DNA of 64,000 bases from Vampirovibrionales bacterium (GTDB lineage Bacteria > Cyanobacteriota > Vampirovibrionia > Vampirovibrionales > JAJTHC01), in contig JBKDRU010000005.1 of the NCBI GenBank assembly GCA_046341215.1, forward strand, positions 79,233 through 143,232, in the 5' to 3' direction. This document shows, piece by piece, positions 29,086 to 37,801 of the stretch. A program made the position numbers and the translations under genes. The notes under the pieces were generated by a model. The model had not been told where the DNA came from. It did not search any database and saw only the letters and a list, made by a program, of their open reading frames with translations. Position 1 is the stretch's first letter, and each line of letters opens with the position of its first letter.

Positions 29086-29361
29086 ACGAATGTGCAAAAC
29101 CTATACTTTAAAATCCCAATGAACGAAACGATGCTTGTAGCTCCTAAGTGTATGGAAGTAACCATTCACAAACGTTACAAGATTCAAAGCCACATCAGCA
29201 TAAAACCCTTTTTTAATAAGGATTGTGCCAAACGTCGTTACATTCGAAAACGAGAGAAGACGATAACACCACGATGAGAATACGAGAAAAAACGTTCGGT
29301 GAATATATTCAAAATATTAAGAATTTAGTTTACCTCATAATGGGCGTTTTGTCAAAGGTTG

Positions 29362-30369
29362 TTACAATCGCTCATATAGCCGTAATTTCGCTGAACGTGA
29401 ACGAGGGTTGCTTTCCTTTTCAAGTTCGGTGGCTTCAAGTGGTTTACGGTTCACCGCCTTAAACAAGGGCGTTTTTCCGCAGGTACAAATAGGGAATTGC
29501 GGTGGGCAAATACATCCGTCTAACCATGGTTTAAACTGCTGCTTCACCAGCCTGTCTTCTAAAGAATGAAAGGTAATAATCGCCACACGACTGCTTGCTT
29601 GCATCAAAGCAGGTAAGGCATTTAAGGTGGATTCTAAATGTTCAAGTTCACCATTAACCGCCATACGCAAGGCCTGAAAAACCCGTGTAGCGGGATGCTT
29701 AGCTTCTTTCGCCTTGCCTGATTTTTGCTTCAATCGATAAATCCGCTCCACCAGTTTTGCCAAATCCAGCGTGTCCTGCCAAGGCGATTCGGCTCGATCT
29801 TCCACGATGGCTTTGGCAATCGGGTACGCATATTTTTCTTCACCATAAATCTCAAAAATACGACACAATTCTTCAAACGACGCCGTGTTCAAAATATCCG
29901 CAGCGGTGGGGATCTCATCATCCGTACCGTTCATTCGCATATCTAAAGGGCCTGATCGCATGAAGCTAAAGCCTCGATCCGCCGTGTCAAGCTGGTAAGA
30001 ACTCACGCCTAAGTCGAGTAAAATCCCGCCATCCATGCCTGTGATGTTTAATGCGTCTAGCTTTTCGGGGATTTCGCTATAATTAGATTGCACAAAATGC
30101 GTATGCTGTTTATTCTCAAAATGTGCTAGCGTGGGAGCGAGCCGTTCTTGAGCCATGCTCAGCGCACGAGCGTCTTGATCCACCCCCACCCAACGAGGAG
30201 ACGTTTCGCCCAAGTCGTGTAAGGCTTCAAGCAGGTGTTGACTATGTCCGCCCATGCCTAAGGTGCCGTCTACATAGGTTTTGCCGACTTGTAGATTCAA
30301 GCCTTTTAAAACGGCGTCTAGCAACACAGGCACATGCTTGCTTGAAATAAGCGCTGATTCTTCACGCAC
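29362..30369 (-). CDS. rsmH: 16S rRNA (cytosine1402-N4)-methyltransferase RsmH (MraW)
   Basis: N-terminal HVPVLLDAVL, the SAM-binding DGTLGMGGHS, the DLGVSSYQLD motif and the conserved C-terminal domain are present. Confidence 0.85.
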   Translation of the reverse strand: MREESALISSKHVPVLLDAVLKGLNLQVGKTYVDGTLGMGGHSQHLLEALHDLGETSPRWVGVDQDARALSMAQERLAPTLAHFENKQHTHFVQSNYSEIPEKLDALNITGMDGGILLDLGVSSYQLDTADRGFSFMRSGPLDMRMNGTDDEIPTAADILNTASFEELCRIFEIYGEEKYAYPIAKAIVEDRAESPWQDTLDLAKLVERIYRLKQKSGKAKEAKHPATRVFQALRMAVNGELEHLESTLNALPALMQASSRVAIITFHSLEDRLVKQQFKPWLDGCICPPQFPICTCGKTPLFKAVNRKPLEATELEKESNPRSRSAKLRLYERL

Positions 30370-31009
30370 GAGGCTTCATCCACTTTTTAGCGACGTGCTT
30401 CCACAAGTAAGCACCGCCTCCCACCACCAGCAATAAGGCAATCGCCACATCAAACTTATGCCACAAGTGCTTGAATTCAGTGAGGTTGTCCCCAAAAACA
30501 ATACCCACATACACCAGCAAATAGCTCCAAATTAAGGAGCCGATGAAGGTGAAAATCGTAAACGTCCAAATGTTTGCCCCTAAAACGCCTGCAGGAACGG
30601 AAATAAAGGTTCGTAGAATCGGCAACATTCGGCAGATGAAAAACGCCCAGTCCCCAAAGCGAGCCGTCCAACGACGGGCATCCGCCAAGTCGTCTTCGTC
30701 GATGAGGATCCACTTGCCGTATTTTTTGATGAAGGCTTCACCCCCCCACGCCCCTAGCCAGTAAGACGGGAGCGATCCCACGACGCACCCGACGGCTCCC
30801 GCCAAACTAGCCAAATGAATATTCATTTCGCCTTGTTGCACCAAGTACCCTGCATAAGGCAGAATCATTTCACTAGGCAACGGAATATTCGCTGATTCAA
30901 TCGCCATAAGTACTACGATGCCCCAATAGCCTAAGGCTTCAATCACACTATGCACCCAGTTTAAGAGTCCGCCCAGTATCCATTCAATGCTATGAATCAG
31001 CCAATCCAT
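30362..31009 (-). CDS. DedA/SNARE-associated family membrane protein
   Basis: The family motifs (GYWGIVVLMAIESANIPLPSEMILPYAGYLV... and the F/RxxxR re-entrant regions) and 4-5 transmembrane segments are present. It overlaps the rsmH start by 8 bp. Confidence 0.75.
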   Translation of the reverse strand: MDWLIHSIEWILGGLLNWVHSVIEALGYWGIVVLMAIESANIPLPSEMILPYAGYLVQQGEMNIHLASLAGAVGCVVGSLPSYWLGAWGGEAFIKKYGKWILIDEDDLADARRWTARFGDWAFFICRMLPILRTFISVPAGVLGANIWTFTIFTFIGSLIWSYLLVYVGIVFGDNLTEFKHLWHKFDVAIALLLVVGGGAYLWKHVAKKWMKPRA

Positions 31010-31276
31010 GATAAATCCTTTTTCCTAAATGTAAGTAGGGTTTTCTAAACGTGAGAGAGGATGTTTCCTCATTCCCCTTAACAAAATAGCATAGATAATA
31101 GTGAAATCCAAATCGCTCTATTTACAGTTGGCTTGAATGCCCAAGGAATCTTACTGTATATGTTATAGAAATGTTACATTGTCCTTTGCTTCAGTGCCAA
31201 AGGCATTGACGCCTTTTTATGTTTTCTTTAAGCTATACTTAGTATTTTTTTAAATTTAATTGAATGGTAGATCTCA

Positions 31277-32245
31277 ATGAACTTTCCTTCTCTTGCAGTG
31301 CATCCCTTAATTTTCCCCAGTCAACATAAGACGTCTTTGACTCAAGCGTCTCCCGCAAAACGTGTTTCACCGTCACCCTTGTCGCAACGTCTGGGGGTCA
31401 CATTTGTAAATGAAGCGGGGGGAATTTTAACCAAAGCCGATGCTTATAAACGATTAATAGACTTTTTTTCTCACAATCTCAATGCTGTTTTAGAAACTTA
31501 TCTAAGTGGTAGAACCCCACCCACAGAAAAAGAACTAAAAACTTGGTTGGGTTTGCTTGAAGCAGATTTTGAAAACAAAGCCCGTCTTTTGGCAGCACTT
31601 CCCGATGAAATTAAGGTTCGGATTTCATTAGGAAGCGATCCTATATTGACCTTATATGAGCGAGAAGTCGATTTCAAGACTTTAAGAGATTGTATCGATA
31701 CTGCTCTCAAGGCAGGTAATGGCTCTTCCTACACAAATGCACTGAAATATAATATGCCATCTGACACAGATCCTAATATGATGGTTCCCATTATTTCGAT
31801 AATAGATGATAAAGGGAATCTGCCTTTTATAACTCATCATCTTAGGTTCCATGCGGTAACTAAGAACATTCCTTATAATCCCAAATTTAATCGCCTCATG
31901 CTCCAATTTACCGAGCTCCTGGGACTATCCAGAAGAACTTCCCCTAAAACTAAACAGCCTCAGTATTGGTGGACTTTTCACCAAGTAATGGCGTCTCCTA
32001 TTCATAAACGCATCCCCAAAGAGAAGATAGCTGAAACACCTTTAATGCAAGAATGGAGTTCACGTAAAAACCGAACCACACTAAGTATAGAACTCAATAA
32101 ATTATCCAGAACAGAAACTCGTTCCATCTCTACATGGATTTGGGACATATTGCGTGAAAGGATGCCAGACTACTCTTTGTCAGGAATAGCGACCCTGCCA
32201 CAAAGAGAGCTTCCCAAAAAGCTCCCTCTCCCAGCTCCTAAATAA
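31277..32245 (+). CDS. Hypothetical ORFan (322 aa)
   Basis: The ATG was verified. The N-terminus is Ser/Pro/Thr-rich with no hydrophobic signal. No motif was recognised. Confidence 0.45.
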   Translation: MNFPSLAVHPLIFPSQHKTSLTQASPAKRVSPSPLSQRLGVTFVNEAGGILTKADAYKRLIDFFSHNLNAVLETYLSGRTPPTEKELKTWLGLLEADFENKARLLAALPDEIKVRISLGSDPILTLYEREVDFKTLRDCIDTALKAGNGSSYTNALKYNMPSDTDPNMMVPIISIIDDKGNLPFITHHLRFHAVTKNIPYNPKFNRLMLQFTELLGLSRRTSPKTKQPQYWWTFHQVMASPIHKRIPKEKIAETPLMQEWSSRKNRTTLSIELNKLSRTETRSISTWIWDILRERMPDYSLSGIATLPQRELPKKLPLPAPK

Positions 32246-32295
32246 ACGCCGTAAAAATATTTGCTAAAACAATTGAGTCAAACAAGCTAACCCCC

Positions 32296-32625
32296 CTAGA
32301 TCGGAGCCTTCAACATAGCCCCCTTATAAGGCAAAAAAGGGCTTTGGTAACCAATGTTTTCAGGAGGCAGATCCACCTGCGGAATTCGGTTTTGCTTGTC
32401 AAACGGCTCTTCAGGTCTCATCACCCACGGCTGCACCCGTTGAGCCCACGCTTGTGGCGACAGCGGGAACACCGTCGGGTAAAGGACTGGTGGCTCGGCT
32501 TTTTTTGCCTCGTCGTTTACAGGGTCTTCATCCCGCACGGTTAAATCAGGCGGAGACGGCAAGCCTGACATATCTTGAGCTTGAGCGGGTTCCGTGGCTT
32601 TTGTTTTAGGAAGTGAATCAGGCAT
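32296..32625 (-). CDS. Pro-rich small hypothetical protein (109 aa)
   Basis: It lies 21 bp downstream of the 878-aa gene on the same strand. It has about 20% Pro and is acidic. Confidence 0.4.
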   Translation of the reverse strand: MPDSLPKTKATEPAQAQDMSGLPSPPDLTVRDEDPVNDEAKKAEPPVLYPTVFPLSPQAWAQRVQPWVMRPEEPFDKQNRIPQVDLPPENIGYQSPFLPYKGAMLKAPI

Positions 32626-32646
32626 GAGACGATTTACACACTTTCA

Positions 32647-35283
32647 TTAAACGGCTTTTTTGGAAGGCGTTGGCTTTTGAGTCAAGGCATACATCAACGC
32701 GGCTTCTTGAGGCGTCAGTTGCTTGGGTACGTTTGTCGCTTGTGAAGCCGTCGGGTTTTTCGCCTGTTGAGCCAAGGCGTATAACAAGGCGGCTTCCTTG
32801 GGGTCAATGTCTCGAACCTTTTTTGTGCCAGCCAAACGATAGGCTTCTTCGATTTGGGCAGGCGTCAAGGTGATTTTTTCTTTTGTGGACGCTTCAGGAT
32901 ATTTGGCAATTAAGGCAATATCTTCTTTTTTAATCGAACTAAACTCGCGATCTTTAATCGCTTTAAGGGTTTCTCTAGCTTTGTCACGCTCTTCGTATTC
33001 GACCAAATACGTGGGTTTGCCCACAGTCTTGTCTTGAATCGTTTCCACCCCTTTACGTAGTTTGCCTGCTAAGAGGAGTTGACCTCCCAGTCCAATGATA
33101 ACACCCGCCCCTGTCAACCAGTGAAAGCCTGCCACGACAAAGGGGAGTTTAAAGCTCGTCAAATAATGCCCCCCCATCAGCTTACCCAAACGATTGCCTC
33201 GGTTCAAGAACACCATCAACTGATGACCACCGATCATCGGCAAGGCAATGCCTAAACAGGCTCTTAAACCTGCTTTAATTTGTTCACCCAAGACAAAGGG
33301 CTTTTCAGCAGGCTTTTGGACTTCAGTGGTTTTAGCGTCTTTACTTTGAGGCTTGGCTTGGACGTTGTCTGGGACGTTGGCTTGAAGAGGTGGCGTAGAC
33401 TTTGCTTGGGGCGCTTTTGTTTTAGACGGCTTACCTGCGGCCATAAATGCCGCCCAGCCCGTACTAAAGGCGGTCACGGCTCCTAAGAAGAACATTAGAT
33501 ATCTTGGTTGAGCTAAACTCTTCAGCATACCAAGCAGCGGATTATGACCCCCCTTGCTCAAGTCAGACATCGCTATGGCTTTCTTTTTCAAGACTTCTTC
33601 AGGCTGTTCATGCAAGGCAAACTTTGCCATATCAATGACGCCACGCCACACGGAAGCCACACCACGTCCTAAACCACTCACGCCCCACGCTTCAGAAAGT
33701 TCTTTCTGATTATGAATGAATTGTTCATGTTCAGAGATGTTTTGCATTAAACGTTGAATCGAACGTGGCAAGACATCGTGGAGTTTTTTAAAGGCTGTTA
33801 AACTTTTTTGAGCATGGTTACTAAACTCCCCATTGAGTTTAAAGAAATCATTCACCGTCATTTTCTTCGAAGGATCTAACGCTGCAATGTGTTTTTCAAC
33901 CGCTTCTTTGCCCAACAAAGCTTCCCAATGGGCTTGATTACGGGTGATTTCTTGCAGAGCCGTGCTTCTTAATTCTACGAGCTTCGCTTCAGGTGTGAAA
34001 ATTTTAGAAAAATAACGACTGAATGGCAGGACTAAATTTTTATCCCCCACCTTTTTTAAACGAAAAATAGACGATTGTATATCTTTAACTTGAAGCAACT
34101 GGGGGTTATGTTCCAACGCCTTAACTTGTGCAGGCGTCATAGATTTGGCGGTATCGATATTCATATGTTCGGGCGACCAGAACCAACGCTGTCCTCCCTT
34201 GTAAAGGTCTGAATGAATTTGGTGTAAATAGGCGTGCTTCACGCTCGGCGGATTGACTCCGTTTACATACGCAATGACGGCTTTTTGAAGTTCTTTGACG
34301 GCGTCTGAATCATTAGGCGCACCTTCTAAAATAACCTTCATTTGTTGAGGACACTGTTGAATAAAATCATCAAACTGAGTTAAATATTCAGGATTCTTAT
34401 CTCTTCCCAAAACACTCAGGAGTTTGGATTTGGAGAATTTTGACATCGCTTCAGGCGAACCAGACGCCTTAGCGTTCGCTAAGGCTTCTTCAAATACGGC
34501 TTTAAAGTGATGATAGAGGTTTTGGTCTAACGCCTTATTTTCCTTGCCTTGGGTTAAAAAGCCTTTGGCATCTGCTTCAAGGAAGGGGTTCATCAACGTC
34601 GTAGTCACATGCCGATGCTGTTCAGGCGTCATGATTTGTTCAAAACGTTCGTAATAATCGTGATGGGTAGTCGCTTCTTTCAGCGTTTGATGCAAGTTGT
34701 TATAATGGGCAATATAGCGTTCTATCAAAGAATCGGGAGCAAGAGTTACCCCTGTTTTAAGCTTATTGGCCGTCGCATTGAAGGCATGTTCATGATTGCC
34801 AAGCCAATAACGGTTGTATTCATCGGAAGGCAGGTCGCCTAGGTACGCACGCATCCATGTAGGCAAGTTTTTAAAACTACCTTCTTTAGGCGTCCAGCCA
34901 TCTATCCATCTGGCGAAACCTCCCAAAAGGGTATTATGCGCGGTTTTTTTATTAAGGGGATTAATGGTTCCTAAGTTGGGATCCAAGCCCGCCAAGCGAT
35001 TAGCGATATTCGTAAACGCCAATAGAGAAACGAGTCCTAAGCCAATAGCAGCGCCTTTTTCGGGGTAAGACAAGCGTTCAGACGATTCTGGATCCATGAA
35101 CTGCATGGTCAGTGCAAGATCAAAGGCCTTTTTAGCCAACGAATCGCCTACTTCTCCCGCGTTTTCAAGTTGTTGTTGAACTTGATCTTGAGCGTTGTTT
35201 TGCACGTTTTTCATGGCTTGTAAGTGATTTGAATTTGTCGGAAAGTTCGGACTGCTTGATGAACTGGTATTAATCGATGCCAT
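32647..35283 (-). CDS. Large hypothetical protein (878 aa) with internal hydrophobic segments and C-terminal tandem repeats
   Basis: The N-terminus is Ser/Asn/Thr-rich (MASINTSSSSSPNFPTNSNH). There are three hydrophobic stretches, including a ~60-aa Gly-rich double-helix-like segment. The C-terminus carries two tandem copies of the motif (P/T)xEAAL(L/M)YAL(A/T)Q. Confidence 0.6.
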   Translation of the reverse strand: MASINTSSSSSPNFPTNSNHLQAMKNVQNNAQDQVQQQLENAGEVGDSLAKKAFDLALTMQFMDPESSERLSYPEKGAAIGLGLVSLLAFTNIANRLAGLDPNLGTINPLNKKTAHNTLLGGFARWIDGWTPKEGSFKNLPTWMRAYLGDLPSDEYNRYWLGNHEHAFNATANKLKTGVTLAPDSLIERYIAHYNNLHQTLKEATTHHDYYERFEQIMTPEQHRHVTTTLMNPFLEADAKGFLTQGKENKALDQNLYHHFKAVFEEALANAKASGSPEAMSKFSKSKLLSVLGRDKNPEYLTQFDDFIQQCPQQMKVILEGAPNDSDAVKELQKAVIAYVNGVNPPSVKHAYLHQIHSDLYKGGQRWFWSPEHMNIDTAKSMTPAQVKALEHNPQLLQVKDIQSSIFRLKKVGDKNLVLPFSRYFSKIFTPEAKLVELRSTALQEITRNQAHWEALLGKEAVEKHIAALDPSKKMTVNDFFKLNGEFSNHAQKSLTAFKKLHDVLPRSIQRLMQNISEHEQFIHNQKELSEAWGVSGLGRGVASVWRGVIDMAKFALHEQPEEVLKKKAIAMSDLSKGGHNPLLGMLKSLAQPRYLMFFLGAVTAFSTGWAAFMAAGKPSKTKAPQAKSTPPLQANVPDNVQAKPQSKDAKTTEVQKPAEKPFVLGEQIKAGLRACLGIALPMIGGHQLMVFLNRGNRLGKLMGGHYLTSFKLPFVVAGFHWLTGAGVIIGLGGQLLLAGKLRKGVETIQDKTVGKPTYLVEYEERDKARETLKAIKDREFSSIKKEDIALIAKYPEASTKEKITLTPAQIEEAYRLAGTKKVRDIDPKEAALLYALAQQAKNPTASQATNVPKQLTPQEAALMYALTQKPTPSKKAV

Positions 35284-35483
35284 AAGAAAAACCTTTATGC
35301 GTTAGCATGCCCCCTTCGTGAAAGTGACGAAGGGATGTCTATATACAAGCATTAACACAAATTCTACTCTACTTGTTGCTAGTGAAAAGGTGAGGGGGGC
35401 TCAAAAGATGTCAGATCCCCTTATCCGTTTTGACGAATTTAATCGATTTAAGCCTGTTAGATGTAAAGATACAGGTCATTTCC

Positions 35484-35622
35484 GACACACGAAACCCCTG
35501 TTTTTGACACACGAAACCCCTGTTTTTGACACACGAAACCCTCTTTTCTGACACACGAAACCCTCTTTTCTGACACACGAAACCCTCTTTTCTGACACAC
35601 AAAACTCTCTTTTTTGACACAC
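35484..35622. repeat. Tandem array of 22-bp direct repeats (6 full units plus a partial 7th)
   Basis: The units are 2x GACACACGAAACCCCTGTTTTT, 3x GACACACGAAACCCTCTTTTCT, 1x GACACACAAAACTCTCTTTTTT, then GACACAC. Each unit ends in a T5-6 tract. The array sits in the 616-bp divergent intergenic region 35284..35899. Confidence 0.9.
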
Positions 35623-35962
35623 ACTCACGACGGGAAAGAGAGGGAAAGGGCTCCCAAAGGAGCCAAAAGGGTCGGTTTTTAAGGAGCTACTCTTCTTCAT
35701 TATGACCGCAATTTAAAGCCTTGCCTAGTGACGAAACACCATGTTTTTCTTCGAAGTAAGTGAATTCATAAAATGAGATTGTTTTTTTAATATAACAATT
35801 TGTTAACATTTAGCAATTCGTAGCTTTATAAATTGTTTATTAAAGCATAAGACACAAATAAAGTTCTTTTGTCTAAATACCCCCAAAACTAGCTTTTCGT
35901 TGCTCTATTTATTCTTCTTTATTAAATTTCCCTGTACACCTCACATGAAAGGATCACTTAAG

Positions 35963-37207
35963 ATGATTTCTCTTAATCCAAATAACCCTTGGTTGCCTAA
36001 TAACCAACAACCCCCTTACGATTTAGCCACCACCTCTCCCTATCCATCTGCGTACCCTGCTTTAGGGACTCCCGCTCAAAATACGTATGCTGTAGGAGCA
36101 ACCTATGGGCAAAATACTTCTGGCTGGGATACCTATCAAGCTCCGTATCAAGCTCCGTATCAAGCTCCAGCTGCAAATACATTGCTCGCCACGAATACCC
36201 AGACTTACACGAATGCCCCTACTACGATTACTGAGAAAACGTATGCCCCTGATACGAGAATCTATGCCCCTGAAATCACCTACAATTATATTACGAAGAC
36301 TTTTGAATATAAGCCTACCATCACACACGAAGCAGCTCCAGCTCCAGTGTATCCACCTCCAGTGCCCCCCCCAGCTCCAGTGTATCCAGATCCGCCTAAG
36401 ATTGAGCTTCCTAAAATTCAATATCCACCTCAAGAGTCTAAGAAAAAAGAAGGGACAAACTGGTTGCCTTGGCTTATAGGAGGAGGAGGAATCCTCGCCG
36501 CCCTCTTCTTGCCTAAACTTTTCGGCAAGAAAGATAAAGTTGAAGCCAAAGCGGAAGCCAAAGCTGAAGCAACGGTTACGGCTACGCCTGAAGCTGTTGA
36601 AGAAAAATCTGAAACACCCGCTAAAAAAGACACGGTTTACACCAAGCTTGAAATCAACGCTCACGGAGATCCTATTTTTGTGACACGCAATAGTCTAGGT
36701 GAAGTTACTAGACAAGAAGAAGTCAAAAGTGGCGTAGTCTTTGAAGACGGCAACTCTTCTTTAAGCGTTCAAATGGACAGCCAAGATCCTAAGAACGTTT
36801 TTATGAAAAGCTTTAGCTATACAGTCGATGGTAAAACCGTTCAAGGTGATTCTAAAGGTAACGTTACCGTTGGCGGAAAATCCGTTGCGGTGGGTTCTAG
36901 TGCAGAACTGCCAAATGGCGGTACGGTCACGGTTTCTAAAGAAGACGGCACTTCTATCGGTGGCTTTAAAAATCAGTCTAAGATCGAAATTAAATCCCCG
37001 AACGAATCGGGTAATGGTTATGAAAACATTACTTTACATGCTCGTAAAAACAAACGTGGTTTAATCATGTACGAGTTTAATGCTAGTAAAAAATCTGAAG
37101 CCTCGAATACTGCTGAACGTGTCAAAAATGGATTTGTAAAAAAAGCCTTTGATAAAGAATATAAAAATCAAGGGGTGGATGATACCCCTGTCACCGATAA
37201 AAAATAG
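35963..37207 (+). CDS. Repetitive Pro-rich, single-pass membrane/surface protein (hypothetical)
   Basis: The ORF opens at 35900, and the likely start is MISLNPN at 35963. It has YQAPYQAPYQAP and PAPVYP repeats, one transmembrane segment (WLPWLIGGGGILAALFLP), an (EAKA)n run and a ~230-aa C-terminal domain. Confidence 0.5.
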   Translation: MISLNPNNPWLPNNQQPPYDLATTSPYPSAYPALGTPAQNTYAVGATYGQNTSGWDTYQAPYQAPYQAPAANTLLATNTQTYTNAPTTITEKTYAPDTRIYAPEITYNYITKTFEYKPTITHEAAPAPVYPPPVPPPAPVYPDPPKIELPKIQYPPQESKKKEGTNWLPWLIGGGGILAALFLPKLFGKKDKVEAKAEAKAEATVTATPEAVEEKSETPAKKDTVYTKLEINAHGDPIFVTRNSLGEVTRQEEVKSGVVFEDGNSSLSVQMDSQDPKNVFMKSFSYTVDGKTVQGDSKGNVTVGGKSVAVGSSAELPNGGTVTVSKEDGTSIGGFKNQSKIEIKSPNESGNGYENITLHARKNKRGLIMYEFNASKKSEASNTAERVKNGFVKKAFDKEYKNQGVDDTPVTDKK

Positions 37208-37322
37208 GAAGAAAGCGTGAAGTTGCTGACGATACCAGTGACGTCGCCTAAATCCTACCCTCTTTAAGAAAGCCTAGTATAGCTCGATTATCAATGTATC
37301 TCTAAAAAATGCAAGTCACACA

Positions 37323-37358
37323 AAAACCGCCTCCTTCCGTAAGAAGGGGCGGTTTTTT
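37323..37358. terminator. Bidirectional intrinsic terminator
   Basis: AAAACCGCCTCCTT-CCGTAA-GAAGGGGCGGTTTTTT forms a GC-rich stem flanked by A-run and T-run. It lies between convergent genes. Confidence 0.7.
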
Positions 37359-37392
37359 AAAACGAATAGGGTTCAATATAAAGTGTTAAGGA

Positions 37393-37641
37393 TTAACCTA
37401 ACTCTTCGCATTTGTCAGCGTTCAATTGAACGAATTTTTCTTGACCAGCAGGCACTTCGCCGTCCATGAAAATGGCATTAACTGGGCAAACAGGGGCACA
37501 CGCACCACATTCGATACATTCATCAGGGTGAATGTACAATTGAGGCTCGCCGTCAAACTCGTAAATACAATCTACAGGGCAAACGCCTACGCAAGCTTTG
37601 TCTTTTACACCAACACAAGCTTCACCGATTACAAAAGGCAT
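37393..37641 (-). CDS. Ferredoxin, 2x[4Fe-4S]/7Fe type
   Basis: Two Cys clusters are present, CIECGACAPVCP and CVGVKDKACVGVCPVDC, in an 82-aa protein. Confidence 0.8.
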   Translation of the reverse strand: MPFVIGEACVGVKDKACVGVCPVDCIYEFDGEPQLYIHPDECIECGACAPVCPVNAIFMDGEVPAGQEKFVQLNADKCEELG

Positions 37642-37801
37642 AATTTAAATCTCCATGTTCAAGGTCCAAAAAATCAGACATTCATAAAATCAGACAATAT
37701 ATAAAAAATCTATCAGACAAAAATAAGTATAACACACCCACTTTAAAAAGGAAGTTTTTTTTCAAAAACCAAACAATTTGGTGGGTGTGTTGAAAGACAC
37801 A

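Noticed and set aside
29011-29462. ORFs 29011..29277(+) and 29223..29462(+) in the rsmH / large-ORFan spacer
   Set aside because: They are short, have no ribosome-binding site, and overlap the likely promoter region of the minus-strand ORFan operon and the 3' end of rsmH. They are probably non-coding.
35484-35622. Possible CRISPR array
   Set aside because: The repeats are directly adjacent with no spacers, the unit is only 22 bp, and no cas genes are in the window. It is a simple tandem repeat, not a CRISPR.
35318-35700. ORF-track ORFs 35318..35551(+), 35411..35620(-) and 35476..35700(-) with repetitive peptides (VSEKRVSCVKNRGFVCQK...)
   Set aside because: They are translations of the 22-bp tandem repeat array. 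The periodic peptide repeats are an artefact of the DNA repeat, and no ribosome-binding site or start context is present.
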